NCBI GenBank assembly: GCA_028711505.1
Contig: JAQTSC010000003.1
Coordinates: forward strand, 9,397 to 73,396
Source of the DNA: Minisyncoccota bacterium
GTDB taxonomy: Bacteria > Patescibacteriota > Minisyncoccia > JAHISW01 > Tagabacteraceae
Length of the DNA: 64,000 nucleotides
Direction: 5' to 3'
Shown here piece by piece: positions 44,844-54,830 of the stretch. Below the pieces are notes generated by a model, which saw only the letters and a program-made list of their open reading frames with translations, made no database searches and was not told where the DNA came from. Positions within the stretch are counted from its first letter, which is position 1. Each line of letters opens with the position of its first letter. A program made the translations under genes and the position numbers.

Positions 44844-46018
44844 TAAGTATCTGGGAACTTTTTTCTGAAAACTATATTTTCTCCAATTTTTTATCGTGGC
44901 TTTTAAGCCTCTGGTTTGTTTGGCTGCCGGCGGGTCTTGCTTTTGCCTTTTGGGAATTATGGCTCAACGCGATAAGAAAGAAATTTTTGAGGAATATGCA
45001 ATGCGTTCTTCTCGAGATAAAAGTTCCGAGGGATATAATCAAAAGTCCCAAAGCCATGGAAACCGTTTTGAATTCTTTATATACGACTTTTGCCGGAAAC
45101 TGGTGGGCGAGATCAATAAAAGGCTATTTGCCGACTTATTACAGTCTGGAAATGGTCGGAATAAACGGCTCTGTCCATTTTTTCATTTATACCCAGAAAG
45201 GTTTTAGAAATCTTGTAGAATCGCAAATCTATTCTCAGTATCCGGACGCTGAAATATCCGAAGTCTCGGACTATTCTTACGCTTCTGATTTTGAAAACAG
45301 GGAAAATTGGAATATGTGGGGCGCGGAACTCGGGCTTACTAAAGAAGATCCTTATCCTTTAAGAACTTATATTGATTTTGACTTGCAGATGCCTCTATTA
45401 AAGGAAGAGCAGAAAGTGAATCCTATCGCTTCTTTTGTGGAATTTTTAGGTTCGCTTAAACAGGGCGAACAAGTATGGATTCAAATTTTGATAAAAGGAG
45501 CTTCGGGAAAAGATTGGATTGAAAAAGCAAAAAAACTTATCGCGAAATTGCTTGAAGAAGCGAAAACGGAATCAGGAGAAAAAAGGCCGTTTTTGACCGA
45601 AGGGGAAAGGGATACGATAAAGGCGATAGAAAAAAATGTTTCCAAGCTTGGATTTGAAACCGGAATAAGAATTATATACATGGCGAAAAAGGAGGTGTTT
45701 AATCAGCTGACCGTACCTTCAATTATCGGACTGTTGAACCAATATAGTTCGCAGACTTTGAACGGATTTAAGCCGGCTAATTCAACCGCCTCAAAACAGC
45801 CGTTTAAACAATTCCGCGAGAACCTAAGAAAGAAAAAAATGCTGAAAGCTTATCAGCCTCGCGGTTATTTTTACCGTCCGAACAAAAGAAAGCATTTTGT
45901 GTTGAACACCGAAGAGCTCGCCACCATCTATCATTTTCCGGGAAGAGTGGCGGAAACTCCGACTTTTGCAAGAGTTGAAACAAAGAAAGGCGAGCCTCCT
46001 GCGGCATTGCCGATTTAA
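44840..46018 (+). CDS. Conserved membrane-anchored hypothetical protein, partner of the VirD4-like ATPase
   Basis: N-terminal TM segment; LLEIK.P, SLE, YSQYP.AEI, YP.RTY, LN.EELATIYHFP motifs. Confidence 0.7.
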   Translation: MISIWELFSENYIFSNFLSWLLSLWFVWLPAGLAFAFWELWLNAIRKKFLRNMQCVLLEIKVPRDIIKSPKAMETVLNSLYTTFAGNWWARSIKGYLPTYYSLEMVGINGSVHFFIYTQKGFRNLVESQIYSQYPDAEISEVSDYSYASDFENRENWNMWGAELGLTKEDPYPLRTYIDFDLQMPLLKEEQKVNPIASFVEFLGSLKQGEQVWIQILIKGASGKDWIEKAKKLIAKLLEEAKTESGEKRPFLTEGERDTIKAIEKNVSKLGFETGIRIIYMAKKEVFNQLTVPSIIGLLNQYSSQTLNGFKPANSTASKQPFKQFRENLRKKKMLKAYQPRGYFYRPNKRKHFVLNTEELATIYHFPGRVAETPTFARVETKKGEPPAALPI

Positions 46019-46066
46019 ACCAGCCATGGCTGCCGGCTTTTAATTTTAATTGACACCAGCTTAAAA

Positions 46067-47842
46067 ATGGAAGATCCCAATAAAGTAACTTATTTCGGGC
46101 GCACTAATTTTCGCAACGCGAAGGTTGATTTTGGCATTAAACAGAAAGACCGCACTAAGCATATGTATGTTATCGGAAAGACCGGTATGGGGAAGACTAC
46201 TCTTCTTGAAAATATGGCTGTTCAAGACATACGGAACGGCGAAGGCATCGCGATAGTTGATCCGCACGGTTCTTTCGCGGAAAAAATGCTGGATTATATT
46301 CCGAAAGAAAGAATAAAAGATGTCATATATTTCAACCCTGCCGATACTGAATTCCCGATAGCTTTTAACATCATGGAAGACGTGGGTCCCGAGCAAAGAT
46401 ATCTTGTGGCGTCCGGGCTTATGGGTGTTTTCAAAAAAATGTGGCCGGATGTCTGGTCCGCGAGAATGGAATATATTTTGAATAACGCCATCTTGGCTCT
46501 TTTGGAATATCCCGATGCCACTCTTCTTGGCGTAAACAGAATGCTTTCTGATAAGGAATATCGCAAAGAGGTGGTCGCGAACATATCGGATCCTGTTGTA
46601 AAAGCGTTTTGGGAGCAGGAATTTGCAAAATATACCGACAGGTTTGCCGCTGAAGCTACTCCCGCGATACAGAATAAAGTGGGTCAATTTACTTCAAATC
46701 CTTTGATAAGAAATATAATCGGCCAGCCGAAATCAAGTTTTGATTTCAGGCGAGTGATGGATGAAAAGAAAATAGTGATAATGAACTTATCAAAAGGGCT
46801 TATCGGAGAGCTTAATTCCCGGCTTATCGGCGCGATGCTCATAACAAAAATTTATCTTGCGGCGATGAGCCGCGCTTCGGCGAACGGCGAGAAACTTCCC
46901 GATTTTTATCTTTATGTCGATGAATTCCAGAATTTTGCCACGGAATCTTTTAAAGATATTCTTTCCGAAGCGAGGAAATACGGACTTGGGCTTATTTTGG
47001 CTCATCAATATATCGCGCAGATGGAAGAAGGCGTTGCGGACGCCGTCTTTGGAAACGTGGGCACACATATAATTTTCAGAGTCGGTCCTGCTGATGCCGA
47101 AGTTCTTGAAAAAGAATTTTCCCCCGATTTTGTGATAGAGGATATCGTGAATTTGGGTTTTGCCAGCATTTATCTCAAGCTCTCGATAGACGGCGTTCCT
47201 TCGCGTCCTTTTTCCGCCGCGACCTTGCCGCCGATAGAAAAACAAAGAGCGTCTTTCCGCGATGAAATTATAGATTTTTCGAGAATAACTTATTGCATCG
47301 CGAAAAAAGATGTTGAAAAAAAGATCATTGAATCTCTTGAACCGATTGAGAATACGGGAAGAAAAGAAGGAAAGACAAACCAGTCGTTTTCGCCTTCTGC
47401 CGTCAAAAACGAAGCAGAAAAAGAAGATAATCTTTCGGGAGGGCCCGAATTGTTTGAGGCGGTTTGCGCGGAATGCGGAAAACGCACGATGGTTCCTTTT
47501 CAGCCCGATGGAAAAAGACCTGTTTATTGTCAAAAACATAGACCGAAAAACGATGTTTCGGCTTTTGATTTCGGCCAACATGACCGCCAAAAAGAAAATA
47601 GGCAAAGAGAGATTAACAGAGAATTTTCCAATGCTTCGACGCCTCCCATGTCTTTGCGTGAACTTTCCGGAAACACTACGGAGTTCAAAAAGAAAATAAA
47701 AAAAACAGAGCCTGATTTTAAGGGGCTTCGAGAGCTTTTGGCGGAAGCCATGGGAAAAGATGTGTCTGGCGCTTCGGCGTCAGCAGATGGGAAAAGAGAT
47801 GATGCTAAAATTATAAAACCCGGAGATAGCGTGAAGTTTTGA
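46067..47842 (+). CDS. TraG/VirD4/HerA-like P-loop ATPase with C-terminal CxxC-x17-CxxH zinc domain
   Basis: HMYVIGKTGMGKT, DPHG, LYVDEFQNF, LSEARKY, LAHQY; CAECG...VPFQPDGKRPVYCQKH. Confidence 0.85.
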   Translation: MEDPNKVTYFGRTNFRNAKVDFGIKQKDRTKHMYVIGKTGMGKTTLLENMAVQDIRNGEGIAIVDPHGSFAEKMLDYIPKERIKDVIYFNPADTEFPIAFNIMEDVGPEQRYLVASGLMGVFKKMWPDVWSARMEYILNNAILALLEYPDATLLGVNRMLSDKEYRKEVVANISDPVVKAFWEQEFAKYTDRFAAEATPAIQNKVGQFTSNPLIRNIIGQPKSSFDFRRVMDEKKIVIMNLSKGLIGELNSRLIGAMLITKIYLAAMSRASANGEKLPDFYLYVDEFQNFATESFKDILSEARKYGLGLILAHQYIAQMEEGVADAVFGNVGTHIIFRVGPADAEVLEKEFSPDFVIEDIVNLGFASIYLKLSIDGVPSRPFSAATLPPIEKQRASFRDEIIDFSRITYCIAKKDVEKKIIESLEPIENTGRKEGKTNQSFSPSAVKNEAEKEDNLSGGPELFEAVCAECGKRTMVPFQPDGKRPVYCQKHRPKNDVSAFDFGQHDRQKENRQREINREFSNASTPPMSLRELSGNTTEFKKKIKKTEPDFKGLRELLAEAMGKDVSGASASADGKRDDAKIIKPGDSVKF

Positions 47843-47848
47843 TGCGAT

Positions 47849-49330
47849 ATGAAATTTGGGTTTGTTATTTTTTTGTTTTTAGCCGTTCCGCTTTTGGCTT
47901 GCATGCCGCAAGGCGTGGTTTTTGCCGAAAGCGGTATTTTTATTAATGAAATAATGTATGACTTGGAAACGGGAAGCGATGACGGAAGAGAGTGGATTGA
48001 AATTTATAACGGAAGCGGCGTTGAAATTGATTTAAATAATTTCAGAATTTTTGAGGCCGATGTCAGTCATAAAATAATCCCGAAAGAGAAAGGAGAAAGT
48101 CTAATCATTTCATCCGGCGGTTTCGCGGTTGTCGCGGATAACCCCGCAAAATTTTTAATCGATTGGCCCGATTTTGGCGGAATTTTAGGGGACAGCTCTT
48201 TTTCTTTGAGCAACAAGGGAGAAACTCTAATTCTGGAAACTGCCGAACTTATTGATGTGGATAGTTTTGCTTACGCGCCGGAACTTGGCGCAAACGGGGA
48301 TGGAAATTCTCTTCAGAAAAATGGTTTAAACTGGGAGGCTTCATCTCCTACTCCCGGAGACGATAATTCATCGGTGGAACCGATTTCATTACTTGAAGAA
48401 GAGCCGGTTCTTCAGGTGCAGGAAGAAATGGTCAGCGATTCTGCGTTCGTGGCGCTCGTGCCTGAATTTCAGATAAAATCTTACGCGGGGAGCAACAAAA
48501 CGGTTGTTGCCGGAGCGTCCGTTGAATTTCGCGGCAACGGGTACAATGTTGACGGAACCTTACTCCAAAATCCACGCTATCTTTGGAATTTCGGCGATGG
48601 AGAAGTAAAGGACGGGCAAAATATTTTTCATACTTACAGGTATCCGGGAGAATATGTCGCGGCGCTTGATGTTTCTTCTGGCGGCTATTCTAATTTGGAC
48701 ACTCTTTTTGTAAAAGCTCTTCCGAATGAAATTTTCATTTCCGAAATAAAGACAGGAGCGGATTCTTTTGTCGAAATCAGGAATCCGTCAAAAGAAGAAA
48801 TAAATATTTCCGGCTGGCAGATAAAGTCCGGAGTCGATGTTTTTTGTTTCCCTCAGAACAGTTTTATAAGACCTTTAAGTTTTTTGGTCGCGCCTTTGTC
48901 TCTAAAAGAGATTATTTTGCCCGAAGGGAAAGGAAGCGTCAATCTTTTTTATTCAAATGATTACGCGGCGGACAAATTTGAATATAGCGGGAGTTTGGCT
49001 GGCGGGCAAAGTTTTTCCCGACTCTCAAAAGACTCTGCTGTTTTAATGACAAAAGAAACTCCGGGCGCGGAAAATAAACCGGCATCTTCCTTTGCTTCCG
49101 TCGGAGCTGATGGGGATAATCTGCAGGTTGTTTTTCAAAAACAAAAAGAAGCAGCAGCTCCGGAAGAAAAAGAAGAAATTGCTGAAAACGAAAGAGAAAT
49201 TATTTCGGAAAACAACACCGCTGCCGCCGCTATCGCTTCCAAAAAACCGTTTTTTCTCTACTTTTCGCTTGCCGGCGGAATTTCGATTTTAGCGGCTTTG
49301 GGATTTATCGTCATACGCCGCCAAGGTTGA
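47849..49330 (+). CDS. Surface protein with lamin-tail and PKD domains
   Basis: Signal peptide; INEIMY...EWIEIYN, PTPG; YLWNFGDG....HTY.YPGEY; second LTD domain; C-terminal TM anchor. Confidence 0.85.
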   Translation: MKFGFVIFLFLAVPLLACMPQGVVFAESGIFINEIMYDLETGSDDGREWIEIYNGSGVEIDLNNFRIFEADVSHKIIPKEKGESLIISSGGFAVVADNPAKFLIDWPDFGGILGDSSFSLSNKGETLILETAELIDVDSFAYAPELGANGDGNSLQKNGLNWEASSPTPGDDNSSVEPISLLEEEPVLQVQEEMVSDSAFVALVPEFQIKSYAGSNKTVVAGASVEFRGNGYNVDGTLLQNPRYLWNFGDGEVKDGQNIFHTYRYPGEYVAALDVSSGGYSNLDTLFVKALPNEIFISEIKTGADSFVEIRNPSKEEINISGWQIKSGVDVFCFPQNSFIRPLSFLVAPLSLKEIILPEGKGSVNLFYSNDYAADKFEYSGSLAGGQSFSRLSKDSAVLMTKETPGAENKPASSFASVGADGDNLQVVFQKQKEAAAPEEKEEIAENEREIISENNTAAAAIASKKPFFLYFSLAGGISILAALGFIVIRRQG

Positions 49331-50494
49331 TTTTAGAGTTTGTTTAAAATTAAAATCTCTGTTTATTTTTTCCCAAAGCTTGAAAGGGAGCTCGTTCCTT
49401 AATTTGGAATCTTCCATTATCTTTTTTATCGATTTTTTTATTTCAAGAGGGTTTGCCGGGTCTATGAGAATTCCTGTGTCTTTATCTTCTATTATTTCCC
49501 CGACTCCGCCTACGTTTGTCGCGATAACAGGAAGGGAAGCAAGCCCGGCTTCAAGAAGAACATAAGGCAGTCCTTCTTTTAGAGAGGGGAGGATGAAGAT
49601 GTCAAATGCTTTTAAATAAGGATAGGCAGGGTGGAGATTGTTTAAAAGAAAGATTTCTTTTTCCAGTTTGTAGTCTGAAATTTGTCTCTCGAGTTTTTGC
49701 TTGTCTTCTCCAAAACCGATTATTACTGTCTTTATTTTGTTTTTCGTTTCGTTGTTTTCTTTGTGGATGTTCTTTAATTTTAAAATTGCGTCTACGAGAT
49801 ATTTTTGTCCTTTGTTTTTTGTGAATTCGCCTATTGAACCGATTAGGAAATCGTAATCCGAAAGAGGCAATCCGTATTCGGCAATCAATTTTTCTCTGGC
49901 TTTTTGTTTCGTTAGAAATTCATGTTCTTCTATCTTAATGCCGTTATGTATGGCTAGAAGTTTTTTGCGCGGGGCAATTTTGTTTTTTATGGCGATTTTG
50001 CGGTCAAATTCCGAAACGCAAATTATTTTTTTATAAAAGAGACAAGTGATTTTGCTGAAAATTTTTATGAGAAATAATTGCCATTCGGGGCGTTTTTCAT
50101 TAAATGTCCAGCCGTGAGCGGTAAAAACAGAGGGAAGCGAGTAGTGAAAAGATAAAATTTTGTAAATTAATATTGCCGGGCCCGCGATACCGCCGGCTTT
50201 CGGGCTTGAAACGTGGATTATGTCCGGTCGTATCCTGAAGACAAGAGCGACGATTTCGAAAAAAGCCGAAATATCTTTTAAAAAACTTACATCCCGCTGG
50301 AAGTTTTTTATTTCAAAATATGGAATAGCTTTTACAATAATTTTTTTACGCAATTCTCCTCCCGGAGCGCCGGCAACGGATACGTCAAAATTTTCTCTTG
50401 GCAGCGCGGTTGCCAAATCGTAAACGTATTTTCCTGCTCCTGCCCATACGGATTTAGTGATTATATAGAGTATTTTTTTGGGTTTTTTATCCAT
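49289..50494 (-). CDS. Glycosyltransferase family 4
   Basis: KILYIITK...AGAG, FTAHGW, IHNGI, DIFILPS.KEGLP..LLEA, T.VGG..E; start at MDKKPKK. Confidence 0.92.
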   Translation of the reverse strand: MDKKPKKILYIITKSVWAGAGKYVYDLATALPRENFDVSVAGAPGGELRKKIIVKAIPYFEIKNFQRDVSFLKDISAFFEIVALVFRIRPDIIHVSSPKAGGIAGPAILIYKILSFHYSLPSVFTAHGWTFNEKRPEWQLFLIKIFSKITCLFYKKIICVSEFDRKIAIKNKIAPRKKLLAIHNGIKIEEHEFLTKQKAREKLIAEYGLPLSDYDFLIGSIGEFTKNKGQKYLVDAILKLKNIHKENNETKNKIKTVIIGFGEDKQKLERQISDYKLEKEIFLLNNLHPAYPYLKAFDIFILPSLKEGLPYVLLEAGLASLPVIATNVGGVGEIIEDKDTGILIDPANPLEIKKSIKKIMEDSKLRNELPFKLWEKINRDFNFKQTLKSTLAAYDDKSQSR

Positions 50495-50561
50495 GATTTT
50501 GCTATAATCGTTATTATAATCGCTTTTAGGGCGTTTTAGTATCATTTTTGCTTTGTAAAAC

Positions 50562-51581
50562 ATGGCGAGAGGAAAAAATATAAAAATTAATTTTCCGCTT
50601 ATTAACACCCATACTCACGCGGCAATGACGGCTTTTCGCGGCATGGCGGAAGATCTGCCGTTAAAAGATTGGCTTGAAAAATATATTTGGCCCGCGGAAA
50701 AGGAAAAAGTCCGGCCGGAATTTGTTTATAAAAATACGAAAGAGGCCATTCAAGAGATGAAGAGAAACGGAATAAAAGTTTTTAATGATATGTATTTTTT
50801 CAGCGAAGAAGTTGCCCGTGCGGCTGAGGAAGAAAAAATAATGGCGGTTGTCGGCGAAGTTATCTTGGATTTTCCGACAAACAGCGCCGAAACCCCGGAG
50901 GAAGCGCTTCAAAAAACCGAAAAACTTATTTTGAAATACAAAAATAATCCGTTTATTTCCGTTGCCGCGGCTCCTCATTCAATATATGCGCTTTCGGAAA
51001 AGTGGCTTGTTGAAGCGAAAAATTTGGCAAGAAAATATGGCGTGCTTTATCATATCCATCTTTCCGAAACAAAAAAAGAATTTGACGATTGCGCGGCAAA
51101 GACAGGTTTAACTCCTGTCGGCTACATGAACAAACTCGGGCTTTTGGATGACAAAACGATTTTGGCTCATTGCGTTTGGCTAGCGGATGAAGATATGGAT
51201 ATTCTTTCAAAAACAAAAGCGAACGTCAGTCATTGTCCTTTGAGCAATTTAAAGCTCGGCTCCGGAATTGCGCCGATTTCCAAAATGCTTGAGAAAGGAG
51301 TGAATATCTGTCTGGGCACCGACGGAGCCGCCAGTTCAAACCGATTGGATATCTGGGAAGCGGGGAAATTTGCCGCTCTTCTCCAGAAAGGAATAACCAA
51401 TGACCCGTCAAAGATTTCAGCGAAGGATGTAATGGAAATGATGAGCGTAAACGGGTTAAAGGCGTTGGGTATAAGCGAATTTGAAGGGAAAGGCGTCGCG
51501 GAAATGAAAAACGAAATTGAAAACTCAGGCGATTTTTCGCAGCTTTATGAGCTTGGATCCGGAGAAATTGATTTTCATTGA
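50562..51581 (+). CDS. MTA/SAH deaminase-like amidohydrolase (catalytic barrel only)
   Basis: INTHTH, DMYF, APHS.Y, HIHLSET, AHCV, HCP.SNLKLGSG, GTDGAASSN. Confidence 0.85.
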   Translation: MARGKNIKINFPLINTHTHAAMTAFRGMAEDLPLKDWLEKYIWPAEKEKVRPEFVYKNTKEAIQEMKRNGIKVFNDMYFFSEEVARAAEEEKIMAVVGEVILDFPTNSAETPEEALQKTEKLILKYKNNPFISVAAAPHSIYALSEKWLVEAKNLARKYGVLYHIHLSETKKEFDDCAAKTGLTPVGYMNKLGLLDDKTILAHCVWLADEDMDILSKTKANVSHCPLSNLKLGSGIAPISKMLEKGVNICLGTDGAASSNRLDIWEAGKFAALLQKGITNDPSKISAKDVMEMMSVNGLKALGISEFEGKGVAEMKNEIENSGDFSQLYELGSGEIDFH

Positions 51582-51650
51582 CACGGCGCGGTTCAGATAG
51601 TAGTTTTACAATAGCTCTTTATATTAAAAAAGAAAGCGAGGTGCTAAAAA

Positions 51651-52082
51651 ATGCTGAATATGATTCTTTTTGATACGAATGCCAGAGAAGGCGAAATTCT
51701 TTTCTTGTTGGCCAGCCGCGGAAGACATGCGGATATCCCAGGCTATCAGTCCGTTCAAAGTTTTTTTCTTGATAAAGGCATTGTGATTTTTTCCCGGCTT
51801 GATTGTTCCCCCGCGGATTCTTTTAAAGTGGGAGTAGCCGGAAACAGCCTTTTTACAACGTTAACATTTGCTGACGAGATTAAAGATTGGCTTTTGAAGT
51901 GGAAAATTACTTTTGAGCAGGCGCGCTTGGAATTTTTTTCTAAAAAAGAAGCTCGGCGGTACTTTGGCGGGTTAAGAGAAGAAACTGAAAAAAATCGCGG
52001 ATTTAATTTGAGGTGGGTTCGTGAAAAAATATCTCGGTATAAAGAAGCGGAGGAAATAGACCTTGCGAATTTGCGTTCGTGA
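51651..52082 (+). CDS. Hypothetical protein
   Basis: SD GAGGTG; upstream TTGACA; own terminator. Confidence 0.6.
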   Translation: MLNMILFDTNAREGEILFLLASRGRHADIPGYQSVQSFFLDKGIVIFSRLDCSPADSFKVGVAGNSLFTTLTFADEIKDWLLKWKITFEQARLEFFSKKEARRYFGGLREETEKNRGFNLRWVREKISRYKEAEEIDLANLRS

Positions 52083-52113
52083 GTGTTTTGAACACAGGCG
52101 GAAAGCGTAATAT

Positions 52114-52143
52114 AAAAGTCCCGGTTTTAGCCGGGACTTTTTT
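52114..52143 (+). terminator. Intrinsic terminator
   Basis: AAAAGTCCCGG/CCGGGACTTTT stem plus T tract. Confidence 0.8.
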
Positions 52144-52217
52144 GTTTTTTGCCTTTTGCTGAAACCCGCGGTCTTTTTAAAAAGTTTACCTTTTGGTAGA
52201 GTAAATATAAGAATATT

Positions 52218-53381
52218 ATGAAAATCCTTATCGCAACCGGTATTTATCCGCCCGATATCGGCGGTCCGGCGGTTATGCTTGAGGCGCTTGCCAGTTCTCT
52301 TGAAGAATCCGGTTTTGAAGTAAAAATTATCACTTATTCCGACAGGGGCGGAATTGAAGGCGGAAAAATTTTTAGGATCTCAAGAAAACTTCCTTCGGCC
52401 GCAAGGTATATCCGGTATTTTTTTAGAATGGCGGGACTTTTAAGGCGAGCGGACATCATTTATGTGACCGACGTTTATAGCGTCGGTTATTTCGCTTATT
52501 TTCTTAAAAAAATATCGGGTAAAAAGTATGTGGTGCGTTTTGCCGGAGACAGCGCGTGGGAAAAAGCGGCTGCGTCCGGGGCAATAAAAGAAAATCTCCT
52601 GGAATTTCAGGAAAAGAAATATGGGAAGGAAATTGAAAAAGCAAAAAATAAAAGAAAAAAAATTCTTCTTTTCGCGGACGGGATAATTTGCGTAAGTGAG
52701 TTTATGAAAAAAATCGCGTTAAAAATCGGAGTGGATGAGAGAAAAATAAAGGTAATCTATAATTCGGCTGATTTTATGGATTGCGGTTCTGACGATACCG
52801 CTGTTTCAATTATAAAAAATAAATACGCTCCGAATGGAGAAAAAATAATTTTAACCGCGTGCAGACTTGTGCCGTGGAAAGGAATAGACGGCGTTATCAA
52901 AGCGATTCCGGAGATAGAGAGAAAAGTCGGTTCCGTGAAGTTTTTAGTTTTGGGTGATGGTCCGGAAAAGGAAAATTTAAAGAGGCTTTCGGAAGAAAAA
53001 AGAATCTCCGGGAAGATTTGTTTTTTGGGGAAAATAGGGAGGGATGATATTTTTGATTATTTCAAAGCCGCCGACGTTTTTGTTTTAAACAGCAAATATG
53101 AAGGTTTTTCTCACACCGTTCTTGAAGCCATGAAAACGGGTGTCCCTGTTGTCGTGTCAAACGAGGGGGGAAATCCGGAAGTTGTCGAAAGCGGGAAAAG
53201 CGGTTTTTTGGTTGAATATAACAATGAAAGCCAGATAGCGGAAGCGATTTCCCGCATCTTGGACGACAAAAAATTGGCCGAAGCTCTTTGCGCCGGAGCC
53301 AAAGAAAGATTGGAAAATTTCAATTGGGGCAATGTTGCGGGAGAAACGATTAAAATTTTTAAAGAGCTATCTTCAAAATGA
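52218..53381 (+). CDS. Glycosyltransferase family 4
   Basis: IYPPDIGGPA, RLVPWKG, GDGP, LNS.YEG.SH..LEA. Confidence 0.92.
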   Translation: MKILIATGIYPPDIGGPAVMLEALASSLEESGFEVKIITYSDRGGIEGGKIFRISRKLPSAARYIRYFFRMAGLLRRADIIYVTDVYSVGYFAYFLKKISGKKYVVRFAGDSAWEKAAASGAIKENLLEFQEKKYGKEIEKAKNKRKKILLFADGIICVSEFMKKIALKIGVDERKIKVIYNSADFMDCGSDDTAVSIIKNKYAPNGEKIILTACRLVPWKGIDGVIKAIPEIERKVGSVKFLVLGDGPEKENLKRLSEEKRISGKICFLGKIGRDDIFDYFKAADVFVLNSKYEGFSHTVLEAMKTGVPVVVSNEGGNPEVVESGKSGFLVEYNNESQIAEAISRILDDKKLAEALCAGAKERLENFNWGNVAGETIKIFKELSSK

Positions 53382-54823
53382 AAGGCATCCTCCTTATAAA
53401 TCCGGCTTTTAATATCGCGAAAGAAAATTACGACAGTTCTGTTTCTGTCGGTCTTTTAAGTATCGCTTCTTATCTTAAAAGCAAAGGTATTCCCGTAAAA
53501 ATTATAGACGCGGCGCGCCAGAAAAACTATCGTAAACTTATTGAAAAAGAAGCCGTAGATTTTGATTATGTCGGGCTTTCCGTGATGACTACGCAAATTC
53601 CTTCCGCTTTTGAGATCGCGGAAATTGTGAGAAAAGTCAATCCTGCGGCGAAAATAGTTTGGGGAGGCCCTCATCCGACTTTTTTCGCGAGACAGACAGC
53701 GGAGAATTCTCTTGTTGATATCGTATGCAACGGAGAAGGCGAGGAAGTGGCTTATGAAATTTTAAGCGGGAAAGAATTAAAAAGCATAAACGGTATCGTT
53801 TTTAAGGATAACGCCGACGTTATTGTTAACCCGCCGCACGAACTTCACGATCCTTCAAAAATGCCTCTTTTTAACTGGGATTTGATTGAAGAAGATGTCC
53901 TTAAAAATTTGAAACTTATCCCGTCTCTTACTTCGCGCGGATGCCCTCATCGCTGCACTTTCTGTATCAATGCCATTTTAAAAAATAAATGGAGGCCGAG
54001 AACTGTTGATCAAGTGCTTGATGATTTGCGAAAAATAAAATCAAAGAAGTTTTTTCAGGGAAAAAATTTGAGGTTTTGGGATGAGAATTTTTTCGTGGAC
54101 ATAATCCGCGCCAAAAAGATAATAGAAGGAATTATCAGGGAAGACATTATAATTCCTTGGGAGACGACAGTCCGCGCCAATTATCTGCAAAACGGCATGA
54201 TTGACGATGATTTTTTAAAAAAATTAAAGCAATCGGGATGCTATCTTTTGTCGTTTGGAGCGGAATCCGGCTGCCCGAGAATGCTTAATGTGATGAAAAA
54301 GGATATTTCCCCGGAAGATATTTTAAGAGCGGCGGAGATGAGCTTGCGGCATGGAATTGTTCCCCAGTTTTCGTTTATGATAGGCCTTCCCGGGGAGAGC
54401 AAAAGCGATATGTTTGCGACCTTAAGGCTTATAGATAAATTGGTAAAATTCGGCGATAAAATCCAGATTTTGGGGCCGCAGGCCTTCCGTCCGTACCCCG
54501 GCTCGGAACTTTATGAGGAGTGTTTGAAAGCCGGCTGGAAAGAGCCCCTATCGCTTGAAGAATGGGGAAATCTGGCAAAAGACGAGCTGAATTATCTTTC
54601 GGTAAAAAATTTTCCATGGGTGAAAGACAAAGATTTTGTGGAATCAATGGAAGCGTATGTGAGGTTCGGGGCCCACTCTTTCAAAAGCGCCATCGGTTCT
54701 TCGGTAAAAGCCCCGTTTTTTATAAAGCTTGGCTTTGTTTTGCTTTGCAAGTTCAGATGGAAGCTTAAATTTTTCTTTTTTCCGTTTGAATTCAAAATAG
54801 CCAAAATGTTTTTAACGAAATAA
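53378..54823 (+). CDS. B12-binding domain radical SAM protein
   Basis: GLLSIASYL, VWGGPHPT, GEGE, TSRGCPHRCTFC, G.ESG. Confidence 0.92.
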   Translation: MKGILLINPAFNIAKENYDSSVSVGLLSIASYLKSKGIPVKIIDAARQKNYRKLIEKEAVDFDYVGLSVMTTQIPSAFEIAEIVRKVNPAAKIVWGGPHPTFFARQTAENSLVDIVCNGEGEEVAYEILSGKELKSINGIVFKDNADVIVNPPHELHDPSKMPLFNWDLIEEDVLKNLKLIPSLTSRGCPHRCTFCINAILKNKWRPRTVDQVLDDLRKIKSKKFFQGKNLRFWDENFFVDIIRAKKIIEGIIREDIIIPWETTVRANYLQNGMIDDDFLKKLKQSGCYLLSFGAESGCPRMLNVMKKDISPEDILRAAEMSLRHGIVPQFSFMIGLPGESKSDMFATLRLIDKLVKFGDKIQILGPQAFRPYPGSELYEECLKAGWKEPLSLEEWGNLAKDELNYLSVKNFPWVKDKDFVESMEAYVRFGAHSFKSAIGSSVKAPFFIKLGFVLLCKFRWKLKFFFFPFEFKIAKMFLTK

Positions 54824-54830
54824 AACGCCG

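Noticed and set aside
46021-46032. 12-bp palindrome CAGCCATGGCTG between the membrane protein and ATPase genes
   Set aside because: Single copy with no match to the repeat families; may be chance or a weak terminator
46790-47605. 271-aa minus-strand ORF, and similar long antisense ORFs such as 29859-30524 and 9596-10150
   Set aside because: Lie fully opposite well-supported genes, with Phe/Ile-rich shadow composition
47766-47781. TGGCGC-TTCG-GCGTCA hairpin in the ATPase tail
   Set aside because: Short, in a low-complexity tail, with no second copy in the window
49289-49330. 42-bp convergent overlap between the lamin-tail protein and GT4 genes
   Set aside because: Short tail-to-tail overlaps are common in compact genomes
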